Below are positions 1 to 13,249 of a stretch of 64,000 nucleotides of DNA, piece by piece; position 1 is the stretch's first letter, and each line of letters begins with the position of its first letter. The translations under genes were made by a program, and so were the position numbers. The notes below the pieces were generated by a model. It searched no databases, was not told the DNA's origin, and was given only the letters and a program-made list of their open reading frames with translations. This DNA is from Camelus dromedarius (lineage: Eukaryota). The stretch spans positions 28,398,001 to 28,462,000 of the forward strand of contig NC_087436.1 of the NCBI RefSeq assembly GCF_036321535.1, in the 5' to 3' direction.

Positions 1-251
1 ACTGTAACTGATGTGGAATGGCATTGCTTGAGGGCTTCCCCTTCTGATTTCCAGACTCTATTTTGAATGAGGTTTCCTTTATTTTGTTTCATACATACGT
101 ATAATAAAATATAATGAACATAAAATTCTACTGAGGAAAATATATTTAAAATATTTAATTACCTAAGTGAAACTGTAAATATTTGGGAAATTACTTTATA
201 ATCACACCTATTAGAATTGCACCAAAAACGGTAATTACATCAGAAAATGAA

Positions 252-376
252 ATAGATGGTAACAGTTTATTGTAGTGATCATTTTACACTACGTAAGGGA
301 ATTAGATCATCACATTGTACACCTGAAACGTAAGCATTTTATGTCAATAATATCTCAATAATGCTGCAGAAAAAAG
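252..376 (+). mobile_element. L1 extreme 3' UTR fragment
   Basis: 'tattgtagtgatcattttacac...cacattgtacacctgaaac...tatctcaataa' followed by an A-rich tail; typical eutherian L1 3' end. Confidence 0.65.
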
Positions 377-464
377 AAATTAGGGAACAGTTCTATGTGT
401 TGCACACTTGTGTAATAAATTATAGACATGCTTTTTAAAAGGTTTAAAATATTGAAAAAGAAAA

Positions 465-630
465 AAGACAGGCAGAGGTTTGAATGATGTGCTTTTAAGA
501 GTGCCTGGAGCCACCAGAAAAGGAAGGATCCTCCTTTAGAGCCTCTGGAGGGAGCACAGTCCTGCTGATATCTTGATTTTGGAATTCTGGCCTCTAAGGA
601 TGAGAATAAATAGCTATAGTTTAAGCCAAA
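465..630 (+). mobile_element. MLT1 (ERVL-MaLR) LTR fragment
   Basis: 'gagccaccagaa..ggaaggatcctcctttagagcctctggagggagcacagtcctgctgatatcttgattttggaattctggcctc..gagaataaat' matches the MLT1C/D-type 3' half. Confidence 0.75.
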
Positions 631-772
631 AAAAAATAACGCTAACTATTCCGTATCTAAATGGATAGAATTCTACATTTCTGAGACTCACTTGTCTCCA
701 GAATGCAAGCATATGACTGACATTTTTACTAATTGATGCTTCCTTTATTAAGCTGGATGCAGAAATGAGTAA

Positions 773-785
773 CACCAGGTGGCAG
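773..785 (+). promoter_or_regulatory. Candidate CTCF core motif
   Basis: CACCAGGTGGCAG closely matches the CTCF core, in non-repetitive DNA; motif only, no binding data. Confidence 0.45.
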
Positions 786-1559
786 TTACACACGTGTTTT
801 AACAAGCATACAGGGGTTTCTGTTCTTCTAGGGCAGCAGTGTGGCACTTCTATGGGGCAACTAGTCTTGAGAGTCATAAATGTAGAGGGACAAGTGACTC
901 AGACATTATCAAATTGTTTCCTAAATTCCATGATCAGGCTGCTTTGCGCCAAGCTGTTTAGTACCCGTGATTGACCCAGCACTCCTGAAAATGCTCTGAG
1001 TTTAAAAACCTATAAGAAATCTCTGCTTTAATGAGCTGGAATGGAATCTGTAAGAATCTTTGCAGGTATATAGACTTATTCTTCCATTTCTTGATTTACC
1101 TAATTAGGCAGTGAGTGCTTAGCACATTTATACAATCTCCTACAAATATTTCAGAAAGGTATGGTTCTTTTTTGGTTAGCCTTATAATTTTAAATTGTAG
1201 AATTTTCCTCTTAGCTCCACATTATACAGGGTATAGAATTATTAAGTTTCTTTCCATTTGACCTTTTTCTCCATAAATATCCAAACTCTAACAGGCATAT
1301 CACTATTTTTTTTTAGTTGTCAGTATTTATAAGATTATATTCTACTCTAGCCTGAATGTAGTTATACTGTCACTATTCTGTAGGAAAATTCTAAAGATTA
1401 AAATTCAAAAACTCAGATTTTAATGTTATAACTTATTATTGGTAGTTGCAGAACGAAGTATTGCAAAGGACTTAGAGAAGAAAATGTAATTTTAAGAAAC
1501 CAAATCTGTACCACTTACTTGGTAGTATTCCAAGTATATGAACAAAGGATTTCATTTTC

Positions 1560-2600
1560 TTTTATTGTATCACTCGCTCAAAATAAGTCCTTTTTCAATT
1601 TGACTCATATTTAAATTGCACATTTCAGTAATGTTTTCTTTTTCACACAGTCTGTATCTTCCTTTTTTCTTCGATGAAAAAAAAAAGAATTACTTTCTTA
1701 ATTATTTTCCTTGGAAAGAATGCAGAAGAAATAAATACTCTGAAACTTTTTCATGACTAAAGCATTTCTCTGCTTCATATTGTTAATATTTGGATATTTA
1801 AAATGTTTGTATTCAAAATACATTCCTCAGTAATGTCATATCATTATCTCTGTATCTTATAGTATTCAGAGTTCCTGAGGTCACTCTACTAATTCAGTTC
1901 TCATTCTTTTTAGATAATCATTCTTTCTTGCTTATTACTTTAGTGAACTTTTTTTGATACTTGGTTTTCTCAAAGCCTATTTATATATGTCTACATAGGT
2001 TACACCTTTCACTCTTCTACTGAATACTCACTTGTGCCTTTCAATTCGAAGACTGCTGATTTTCTCCGGTATTTGAAATCCTTCTCTGAGGCTTTTATTT
2101 CCCTCTTCTATTATCTCTCTGGTAATCTCAAACTCCTTTTACATGAAAATTTGAACCCCTATATTTATTGGCTATGTCTCAGTTTTTTTCTATTTACATA
2201 TTTTTATACATTGGGAATTTTCTTGACCTTTTCTTTTAGTTCTTCTTTTTTCCTATAAAATTATTCTAATACATTTAAGTATTTCTCCTTATTTGCTTCT
2301 TTAAAAAATGTTAGCCTGTATTTGAATAAAAGTTATATTAAAAAAATAAGTTCTTAATATCTCATAGACTATTGATTTAGTTTTGAAAATTCTCTTCTTA
2401 AAATATCTTCTATGACTAAATTATCTACTTCTTCTTTTAACAATTTCCTAAATCATTCTTCTTGAACTTTCATTTTTGATACTATTGATTTTTTTAAATA
2501 TCTGTTAATTTCTGTTCTTATTTATAGATAACTGAGATTGATTTTCTTTGCCATTATGCAGGTATGTTTCCCTAGAAGGATATACCCTTAAATGGCAGGA
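1560..2600 (-). mobile_element. Very old L1/HAL1-like ORF1-region relic
   Basis: T-rich degenerate sequence resembling antisense old L1 ORF1; subfamily and limits uncertain. Confidence 0.35.
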
Positions 2601-2841
2601 TGGAAGATAAGCCCTGAATAGTAAAGCAGACATGTTGACTGTAGGGTTTTTTGGTTTTGCTTTTCGCCGCTGTAGGTTTTAATTAAAGGTTTGTGGGTGG
2701 ACGATGGCCTAGGGAGACAGCACATCAAATTCTACCTACATTACTCAACATATCCAGTCCAATCTCAAAAAGTGGGCTTTACTTTGGGACTTCAACTGTC
2801 TTATTAAATGTTCTTTAATCTTCTTAAATATAATGTTCAAA

Positions 2842-2994
2842 TTCCTTCTCCCTTTTTCCTTCCTTCCATCTTTTCTTTTCTTTTCCTTCTTTCCTTCCTT
2901 CCTTCCCTTTCCTTTCCTTCCCTTTCCTTTCCTTCCTTCCTTTCCTTCCTTCCTTTCCTTCCTTTCCTTCCTTCCTTCCTTCCTTCCTTCCTTC

Positions 2995-3085
<91 letters not shown>

Positions 3086-3138
3086 TTTTTTCTTTCTCTT
3101 GCTCTCCCACTCCCTCTCTCTCTCACTCTCTTTCTTTC
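2842..3138 (+). repeat. Compound polypyrimidine microsatellite (TTCC)n(TTTC)n
   Basis: Directly visible; 2869-3100 contains only C and T. Confidence 0.98.
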
Positions 3139-4656
3139 CATGCCACTTTCGTCCAAAGATGCCATTCTATCTACATGCACAAGAATGAAGAATGTAGTTA
3201 TTGGGGAAAAAACCCAAACCTATTGTGCCACCAGGAGCTTTAATTTAATTACCGCTGTTACTTTCCCAGAATCCAGCTCTGATACTGTTTTTTGGCTCTT
3301 GGTTTAGAGCTTTTCCAGGAATTTATAAGGAAAGACAGCTTATGATTCCATCACAGCTCTCTTCAGGTCTTAAACTTTCTCTGTTCTGATCATTCAGTCT
3401 GACCCCATCCTCCTTAGTTTTGTAGAAATATGTCAGGGCATTTTTATCATTTATCACCCAATTCCCTGAGGGCTATTATGTGCTATCATCTCAGTGGGAA
3501 TTTCATCAGTTCATTTTCTTAGGAAAAAAATGTCCAGAGTACAAAGTCTTAAACAGTATGGTGTATGAGTTTAGTGGACAGTGTTTTCCAGGCTTATTTA
3601 ACCATAGACATCTTCTTTCCTTGGAACATCAGGTTACTCTGCTGGCACTTGAATAAAACATTGCAGATGGTTCGGACATGACACAGACTTCAGGAAGCTT
3701 AAGGTTAAATCTTCGGTGACAAATATAATCCTAAGAAGAAAACAATGAAAATGTATGATCAGATTTCAAAAGACCGCTTTCATCCACCAGAGACAATCAT
3801 TATACAAACTTTATGTGGACATTGGAATGTGATCTATAAAATGCAAATTGGATAGGAGTTAGACGGCAGAGATGAAGGAAAAAGAGATTCCTTGAGGAAA
3901 GAGAGACACAGACATATAGGCATGAAGATGAGAGACTTTAGGAGAAAAATACTCTCATTGATTTATTTATTCTTTTATGCAGCTCATTATTTACTTTCTG
4001 ATTCATGTTATAAACACTTAAGACTCAGGAATTTTACTTTACAAAAATAGATCAACATTAGGGAAAGGTAATATAAACATTTTATAATAAGGCCCTAAAT
4101 ATTTGCTACAGTTGAACATCTAACTTATGTCTGAGGTCAATGGCAGTCAAAATAGGAAAGATGATGTCATTTACACAATTCTTATTATAAAAGACATTAA
4201 AAGGCATTCATCAGTATTGCATTCTAAAAAAAGGATCTCCTATAATCTTCATGTTAAAGAGCAGCTTTCCTAAGTATCAGTTAATACACTAATAGGTCTT
4301 ATATATTCTTTTGTTACCCAAAGATAGAAAATATTATTATATAAAATCTAGTGAGAGAAATTCTGGGATGAACTTAAAAAATGAAGTCATCATGCTTGGC
4401 CCAAGTATAAATTTTAGAATATGTGGATAAATGGATGGAGAATATATTCTTTAAGTAAAGTTCTATAAATGATATATTTATCATCCTAGGATAGATACTG
4501 AATATCACACAGTTCAAGATTGTGAGGATATTAAGGGTGTAAGTGTCACAACATCCTTTACCATAAACATGCACTGGATAATTATACCTTTAATTCTCAG
4601 GCATAATTACTTTTCATAGCCTTGCTGGGAGATACCATAAGAACAAAATATTCTAT

Positions 4657-4677
4657 ACACACACACACACACACACA
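4657..4677 (+). repeat. (CA)n microsatellite
   Basis: Directly visible. Confidence 0.9.
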
Positions 4678-5602
4678 TTTAAATATATATTTATGTGATA
4701 GCACATTTATATTAACTTCCTTAGTGTTGTACTTTGTACACCAGTAATTTGATCTAGAAATTTCTTTCCTAAAAATCTTCAATAAGTTAGGAACAAAGCG
4801 AATGAGACCCACAACTGCTGAAATACGAGTTACATAAAGGCAATTTTATACTAACAACTACCTTTTAATATTAATTCATTAATTCATTCACCTTTTCATT
4901 TATTCTCCTAAATTTATGTTCCTTTTCAGTACTTGATACTTAAATGAGTTTAAGGGGTTGAGGTAGTGATATTCTTTTGAGTGAGGGAGATTCGGAATAA
5001 GAGTTTAGAAAATCCAGGGGCCAGTATAAAAATGTAGATTTTTTAAAAAAATGATTCTGAGGTGAGTGATATTCTGAAGGTTGTGACTAATTATCTCAAG
5101 ACACTGGAAAAACACTGCTCCAATGGGATCCTTATAAGCATTTTTTAACATTGATGTTATATCTGCTTGTTAGACATCTTGTCTGATTTAGAGCAAGTCC
5201 ACTGTATTTTAGGCCTTGAATAGCTATTAACATTTGGAATTTACAGATAATAGATAAATTAATCTAATTATCCTTTACTCTAGTACAATGATCACTTTAA
5301 ATTCAAATGCTTTGTTTCTTCAGCACTATAATTATCCGTCTAAAAGAGTCATTTTCTTAATCACTATCCTATAAGATTTTCAGGTACTTAGAGAGGAAAA
5401 CCTGTTTTCTTTTGTCAGAGGTGCTTCTTAGTAAGCTATGATCACTAGCCAATTAGAGATTTGTCTCATTTAGCTGAATGGGTGCCAAGGCTCATACTTC
5501 TCCATCAGAAACTATAAAAAATTCAAAGCATACTTCAGTAACTCAGTTGTATACATGTTTACAACATAGTTAAGTTACTGTGTGCTCTACTACAGAAGGA
5601 TC

Positions 5603-6626
5603 TTTTTTAATTAAAATATAGTTGATTAGCAATATTGTGTTAGTATCAGGTGTACAGCAAAGTGATACAGTTACTTTTTCAGATTATATTCCACCATAGG
5701 TTATTATAAAATATTGAATATAGTTCCCTGTGCAGTACAGTAACTTATTGTTTATCTAGCTTGTGAATAGTAGTTTGTATCTGTTAATCGCATATTCCTA
5801 ATTTGTCCCTCCCTCTCTCTCGCCTTTGGTAACCATAAGTATGTTTTCTGTGTCTGTGAGTTTGTTTCTGTTTTGTATATAGATTCATTTGTATTACTTT
5901 TAGATTCCACATATAAGTGACATCATATAGTATTTGTCTTTCTCTGACTTATTTCATTAAGCATTATATTCTCTAGGCCCATCCATGTTGCTGCAAATGA
6001 CAGTTTTTCATTCTTTTTATGACTCTGTAATATTCTACTGTGTATATATATATATATATATATATATGCACATCACATCTTCTTAAGCCAATTTTCTATT
6101 GATGGGCACGTGAGTTATTTCCATGACTTGGCTATTGTAAGTAGTGCTGCTGTGAACATTGGGATACATGTATCTTTTCAAATTAGAGTTTCCATGTTTT
6201 CTGAGTATATAATCAGGAATGAGAATTCTTGATCACATGGTAGCTTTAGTTTTAGTTTTTTAAAGAAGTCTCATTCTGTTTTCCACAGTGGCTGCCCCAG
6301 TTTACATTCCTTTCAACAGTAGGAGGGTGACCTTTTCTTCACACCCTCTCTAGCATTTATTATTTGTAGGCTTCTTTTTAATGATGGCCATTCTGACCTC
6401 ATTGTGGTTTTGCTTTGCATTTCTCTAATAATTAGTGATGTTGAGCATCTTTTCATGTGCCTATTGACCATCTGTATGTCTTCTTTGGAAAAATATCTAT
6501 TTAGGTCTTCTGCCCATTTTTGATTGGTTGTTTTTTCAATATTGAGTTGAATTAGCTGTTTGTATATTTTGGGTATTAACCCTTTGTTGGTCACATCATT
6601 TGCAAATATTTTCTCCTGTTCCATAA
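5603..6626 (-). mobile_element. 5'-truncated L1 (ORF2 C-terminus + 3' UTR)
   Basis: ORF 6313..6624(-) [21 protein letters not shown]...[35 protein letters not shown] is L1 ORF2 C-terminal sequence; antisense 3' UTR with (TA)n at ~6043-6066; T-tract at left end. Confidence 0.95.
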
Positions 6627-7670
6627 GTCATCAGAAAATTACAGATTTGTAAGTGTTGTTTGTGTAGTTTGGTCTTGATCCCTAATCTTGCCAATTCAGT
6701 TGTTGGCACTGACTTTTCATCTATATTATAACAAGGGTTATATGAGGAAGTTTGTAAGTTGTAATATTTGACATCAGCTTGGTTATGTTTAGAAATGTAC
6801 TCTCAACTTGGTAATGTCTAGAAACTTACTCTTCCATCATATTCAGTAGCTAAAGAAGTGATCCCAACATTATTAAGTTGATGCCAAACATCTAAACATG
6901 GAGCATGTTTTTGATAAATTAAATAAAACTTTCAAAAATAGTGTACACCTTCTTGTGAAGTTTATCTTATGTGCTATCTTAAAAATTGTATGTGGTATTT
7001 ATGTTATTCTGTTTGGCTGGTGTTAAAGTTCATGTGTAAGTTGGGAGAATATGTTTGATGATGTAATTCAGAACTTTGGATATTAAATGAGTGGGGTTTC
7101 CTGAATAAAGTTAGCAATCAGGGGTTGAGTATCTTTATGTTACCATATTTTGTCCAGGACACACTTAATTTTATAGTAATAAAATTAATTGATCAAAATT
7201 ATCTATAAAATTATCAGTACCAACTCAGGTAAAACTTAGTTCTATGTAAATGTATAAATAAGCCTGCATAAATGAGCAAAGATCTATCACATGTTTGTTA
7301 ATTGTAACATTTCTAAAGTACCAAATAATGAAACCAAAAACCAAGTAACAACAGCAAAACAGAAAACACAAATGTTCTGTTCTTAGCCACCCTAGTGCTT
7401 ACCGCTTTGTTGTAATGAAAGGAATAGCCCCAGTAGCAGGCTTGGTAAATATGCCTGGGCCCAACAATATGAATCCCTCTGGGTCGGAAAAGGTTGCGAC
7501 TGCTGAATGCTCAACCAGTTAGCAACAGAGACTAAAGTTAAGCCCTTGGTAAGGCATCATCCTTTGAGCAGCTCAGCTAGACACCATGTGATAAATTGAT
7601 TACACTGGATCCTTTCCACCCTTTAAGGGTAAATAATTTATCCCCATACTGTATTGATACATACTCTGGG

Positions 7671-8178
7671 GGACCAAGACAACTTTGAAGTTCCCCTCAG
7701 CTTGACTAAACTTTGGATAGGTTTCTAACTATAGACCTCTGACCTGCCTTTTCTTAGAGCATTTACTTCAGAAAACTTTCAATTGTAAATTCTTGTTCTG
7801 TTCCTTTGAAATGTATGTAAACCTTCTGCCAACCTCTTGCCAGTTTTATAGCTCAGGAAATGTCTTTCTCAAGGACCTGGGAACCATCTCTTTGAAATGT
7901 TCACATCAAAGGGATAACACCCTTCTTTCCTAGTCTCTGAGGGAGGGTAAGAGCCTAACTTCGACAGGCAGCAATTAGCAAACACAAATAGCCTGATTAC
8001 AGAGGAAAACATTTGCAAATTCAGGAAAAAGTCAATGTGCTGGACACATAGCATGGACCAACCCCACCCCCAAAGTCCTCCAGTGGAGTTGAATTTAGTC
8101 CCCTTCCCCATTGCAGTAGTCTTGAATAAGGTCTTTTTGGTCTGTTTAAATTTGTCTGGTGCAATTTTTGCTTTGACA
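7671..8178 (+). mobile_element. ERV1 solo LTR, MER39-like
   Basis: 'cagcttgactaaactttgga...gacctctgacctgccttttcttagagcatttacttcagaaaactt' motif; ends ...tttgaCA; 4-bp duplication tggg at 7667-7670 and 8179-8182; 5' TG not preserved. Confidence 0.8.
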
Positions 8179-8728
8179 TGGGTGTGGCTATGTGTCTTCC
8201 ATCTCCATCTGCACTGCCTTGGCCAGCAATTCTACTCATGGGCTAACAGATTGATTTGTTGTAATAGGATTATGAACAGTGCCTTAAAAAAGCAATCCAC
8301 AATATGATGAAGGTGGTACAACAATGAGCACCATGTCCATGGAATCCTTTGAACCTCTTAATGTTCCCAATAGATAGAATACCTTTGTCTGAGTGCCCTG
8401 TCACCATTGCTTCCAGTGATGCAATTGATTAATTTTTGCCTCATTGAGCAACTTTTGACCTTCTGCACTAGTGGTCCTGGTTCTTGGTGGGGGGGGACAT
8501 GTTTACCCAAGAACATTAAAGGATTCCACTAACTTAAAAATATTGACTCAGCTAAGTTATTTTGAGTCCCTCATGCCAGTAAAACAAAGAATAGAAAAGG
8601 AGTTACTATACTGGCAGGGATAACAGACCACAGTTCTCATGAGGCAGTAAGGTGGCTGCTGTATACTGAAGACAGGGAGAAGTATGTCTGGAGCTGAGGA
8701 GATTCCTTAGGGGACCTCTTAGTGCTTC

Positions 8729-9336
8729 TGTTGCTGGTGGATGTAACTGGTGTTCCAGGTTCTTGTCCCGTCCTAGGAAGAATTCAGAGACAAGACGTAG
8801 TGGTTAAAAAAAGTAATGTGAGAATTCATTAAAGGATGGATAGTGCACTCTCAAGGGGAGAGCAGGCAGGCTCAGGTGAGCGGCTGCCCTGTGTTTCTTT
8901 GGCAAGTTAGTTACATAGGGTGTAAAAATGAATGGGCAGAATATTCACTGGGGAGGGAAGGGTTTGGGTCCTATTCTCTGATTTTCATCCCAACTCCACT
9001 TTCCCAAGGGGAGGAGGGATTTTGTGCTTATTTAGTCTGGATCAGAAGTGTCATGGCGTTGGTGCGCAATGGGTACTTCTAATCTGCAAAGCTGACTTTA
9101 CTGAAATGAGGGCATAATGAGAAAAGGCTACATTCAGACACTGGAAATTCCTGCCTTTTCTTTCCTTTCTTTGTTGATCTCCAGGCCAAAAGGTGTGGCC
9201 CCTTAATCAGCCCAAAGATTCCTGCTTTTCTTTCTCTGTCCAGGGACCCCTGGTGCTTACATGATGTATGGTTTCCTGCATTTGGCCTGTGCCCCTCCTT
9301 TCTCTGCTCATATCTAGCTATGTGTCTGCTCTAACA
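8729..9336 (-). mobile_element. Lineage-specific ERV1-class solo LTR (608 bp)
   Basis: TGTT...AACA termini; perfect 4-bp TSD cttc (8725-8728, 9337-9340); splits the ERVL dUTPase relic; GC-richer than flanks; strand inferred. Confidence 0.88.
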
Positions 9337-9716
9337 CTTCCATTGAGTCAAAACCTTAAACAGTGATTGTTGGAAACGCAATCTGACAAAGCAATGGTAA
9401 CCAAAGGATCAGAACTCTCAGGCGTGAAAGTATGATTTATCACACTGAGCGAGTATTCTTGGTTAGCTGAAGTGCTGATTCAAGTTGAGGAAAATCTGGT
9501 ATGAGAAGTAGAAGAGGAATATAAAGAATATCAGCTGTAGTCAGCCTCAGGACCAGTTACAGCAGCGGAGCCCCTTACTAACCATCATCCTGTAATTTGT
9601 TGTTTTTTCTTCTTTAAAAAATAATTGTGACCAATCTTTAAGAAGCAGTGACATTAGTAGAACTGTGCATTTAATGTAGGGCCTGAGGAAGACCTGATTA
9701 CTATAAAATGAAGACA

Positions 9717-10151
9717 TGTATTGCCATGCCCTTCCGAATTCTGCAAGTAGTTCTGTATATTACAGGGAGTCTCCATGTGTCAGTCTCTGCATGCTGGTAC
9801 CTTAGGGCTTTTTCTGGAAGCACAGAAGGCTGTTCTCTGTGCACTGTTAGTGCTGGGAATGATTAGGGGATTTACACCATTCTGGGAGTGTTGATGGATA
9901 AATATACAAATCCCAGTCTCTCAAGTGAGAGAATTTTGAGGTGTGATTTTATACCACTTTCTAGAGTTTCCCAGGGGATTAAATGCCATTAGCCCTCCAC
10001 GATAGCTGACAGAAATGTACCCCTTATGACAGCCTTTTCTTCCTTATGGTTTCCTCACATCTCCACCAGTGACATTTGTACTCCAAAATAATTATTTGCA
10101 CTCAAATTTTTTAATTCTTGTATATACCTTTAGGAAAAATACCAAAATTTC
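9717..10151 (+). mobile_element. LTR16-type ERVL 3' LTR
   Basis: 'tttgaggtgtg...agagtttcccaggggatt...ctccaaaataattatttgcactcaaat' matches the LTR16 3' half; directly follows the ERVL internal region in the same orientation. Confidence 0.78.
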
Positions 10152-11339
10152 ACACACACACACACACACAAAATATGACTTCTGACCATTGACTATGTAA
10201 GAAGAGGGTAATTTTTAAATCCCCATGTTATTCACAATGGTGGTCAATTGTACAATTTTTTAAGTCCCTGATAGAATTTTTATTAAGTTAAGAAGTGATA
10301 CACAAAGCCAAGATAAACCCCAAATTAAAGCTATCAGAATTTTGACTGACATGACTGAATAAACTATGTACATATTATATTTCACTACTTTTGTTATCCA
10401 AATAGAAAAACATTTCCCAATACAAAATAAGTCCACAACTGTATTATGTCTTAGGAAGATTTGCATATTGACTAGCTCATGATTGGATGTAAAAAGATCC
10501 CATAATCACTGCCATATTCAACACAAAGTGAACTAGTTGTTATTTTAGAAACACCTTTACAATAATTTCTTCACTCTTGCATTTAAAATTCCCCAAATTA
10601 AATGATTCCAAATGTCCAATAGCAGGGATATACCTGTTTGATATAATAGATATAATGAATACTTATTATATAGGTCTAAAGAATTATACTGTCTGTGAAA
10701 TGCTATCCTAGAAAAACAAGTTATTCACTTTATAATAAACAGACATTTTAAAGTATTAGGAATCTGGTTTTCTTAAATATTACTATGATTTCTAACAAAT
10801 CCCAGACACCAAATGGATAACTGAATCTTCACCCTTATGTACTTTTTGCCCCATGACCTTCAGAGATCTCTTTGATTATTAGCATAACATTTTCTCACCT
10901 CTTAGGACTCTGTATGTGCTTCAGTAGCCTCATTTACATTTGGTTTCCTCACTCAGCAATACTGCAGAACTTGTTTCACAGATGGAAACAAGCTATATAC
11001 AGACAAGAAAATTAGGCAATAGCTTGAGATTTACATTTTCTAAATGTCTCTATTTTCATTCATATCAGCATCCTTCTGAGACTTAGCTATTTTCCTTTAT
11101 TTGTTGTTTATGTTAGCTAACATTTCTCCTTTTTTATTCCTTTTTCTTTTTCTCTTCTAAATAAGAGTAAAGCCTACAATCTCTTTTATCTTGTTTACTT
11201 TCTTTTAAAGTCCTTTGCTCCATCATGACAATATTTGCCCATCCTGATAATATTTGCCTACAGACAGCCTATCGTCTGACATATTTTTGCTAACATCTTA
11301 GAATAGCTGTATGTCAGATAGGCTCATCAAGGCACCAGA

Positions 11340-11970
11340 GTATAGTATAAATGAACGCTAATTATACTTGGAAAAGATCATGCAATTTGTTTACTTGGGT
11401 GTGCAAACACTTGAGAGTGCTGTAGAAAGTTAGACCGTTGATGTTCAAATTATTTCAAATAACTTCAGACTGCCTTCTGGTAGTCATTTTCTATTTTGCC
11501 CTTCACAGAAGTTTTAATTAGGTGGATCAAAGTTGGTTCTCAGTCATAAACACAGGAAAAATGAAAAAGTCAGTGAATTTTTACACAAACAAGGGCAGAA
11601 TGATACAGATTAGAAGGGGAAAAAATTAAAAGATGCGGTTTAGATTAAAAATGGTTTTAATGTAATTGAATTAAGATATGCAAATATACTTCAAAAACTG
11701 TCTGATGAAAGTGCTTCTAAAAGCAGATCCTGAATCACAGCACGGTCATTAGTACAATAGAAAAGTCAATGAGAAAAATAATTATAACTGTAAATCTATA
11801 GTTTATAGTGGGTCTAAAGTAGTATTTCTTTCATGTCAACAAGGCTGAACTGCTTTTTAAGCTAGTGGGCAATGGTGTAGAGCTCATTAAGCTGTTTCAT
11901 TTTTTTTCTGCGTCCCTGCCTCAGTTGGATGACAATTTAATTATAAATATGATGATTTATGAAATTAGTA
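11340..11970. promoter_or_regulatory. Candidate conserved non-coding element
   Basis: No recognisable repeat; PBX-HOX TGATTTATGA (11953-11962), forkhead TGTTTAC, several TAAT cores. Conservation not tested. Confidence 0.3.
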
Positions 11971-13249
11971 GATACATATTAAAAGTAAATTTGTGTCTTT
12001 TAAAGTTTAATTTGTATAACCAATTGGATAGATGACGATAAATACACAGGGACTATTTAATAAATGTGTCTACCTATGGAAAATTCAAGTAAAGATTATA
12101 TTTTATGTGCTAGAAAATAGGGAAGTATAGGGTTGATGATAAGGCGGTTACTATTATGCCTACTATAATTGTTCCATTGAAATCAATACTCTATCACTTT
12201 CTTTTACTAAGTTGCTATGTGGACTGGATTCTGATGATCAAATATTTTTATAAATACTTTCAGGGGACTTTCACAGTGATTTTGAATACCAGAAAGAAAA
12301 AGATAATATAATACATTTTTAAAACAAGTGTTGACTTCTGATATGACGCAGAATCAAAATCCTGTCCTGTTTCTGCCTTTGTCTGAGAGGTTACCTTAGG
12401 AATTCTGGCATGTGATCTTTTCCAATAAAATCAATTGTCATCAGAAGATCTGTTTTGCATATTTCTTTTTGAACATTTCAATTTTCATGAGTAAAATATG
12501 CGGGTGCAATGTATAAAACTACAGACATTAAAACCCTAAGCTTTCATATTTGCTGAGTGGTAGAAAATATAAATAAATCACTATTGAAAATATAATTAAA
12601 TCACTATTGAAAAGAAATTTTAGCCATGTCTATAAAATTCCAGAAAAGCAACTAAAGACACTTAAAAAAAACTTTTATTTTATTATTATGATCTAAAATA
12701 AAAACTGATGTTTCCCTTATATTTAGCTGATTAATACATCTTTATAATTTATATATGAACACTAGTTGATTCAAGACTGAATTATAGTGCTTATTTTTCT
12801 TACAGTTTCTTTTTTTTTTTGTTTGTTTTACCTCACTTGAAAGAATAAAGGATAGAAACACAATTACGCCTGAGGATGTATCTGTTTGCAACTAAAACAT
12901 AATCAGTACATGTAGATGTAGTGAACTTAGCATATCTTTCTGACTAGAAAATTAAGATTATTTATTTTTCAAGTGGGCTTAGTCATTACTACCTGTTCAA
13001 TAATTTTTTAAAAAACAAATGGAGTTCTGGCAGAAGGATGCATCACTAAAAAAACAGTCACACTTTTAAGACTATTTTTGAAAAACACAGCCTAGAGATA
13101 TATACCTGCAAAATACTATGTGTACATGTTATTTTTTCCTTTTAAAATAAGAAATGCAATAAATGAAAAGATTATAGTTTTGATTATATCTTTTGCAAAT
13201 AATAAAAAAAAGGGGAATAGATGAGTTATGAAAGAAGGAAAAGACAACA

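Larger units (their letters stand above)
7400..9716 (+). mobile_element. Decayed ERVL internal region (integrase + dUTPase; ERV3-16A3-like), interrupted by two solo LTRs
   Basis: Translation through stops/frameshifts gives WAQQ..ATAECST..QQR..IDYTGSFPPFKG..IDTYSG (ERVL integrase, ~7456-7670) and GVTILAGITDHSSHEAVRWLLYTEDREKYVWS*GDSLGDLLVL (ERVL dUTPase, 8599-8728); both relics continue across the inserted LTRs. Confidence 0.88.

Noticed and set aside
2745..3243. Four 118-136 aa ORFs rich in K/E/R or F/L/S
   Set aside because: Translations of the stop-free (TTCC)n(TTTC)n microsatellite
7400..9716. ERVL integrase/dUTPase as a domesticated gene
   Set aside because: Multiple stops and frameshifts plus two LTR insertions; no intact frame
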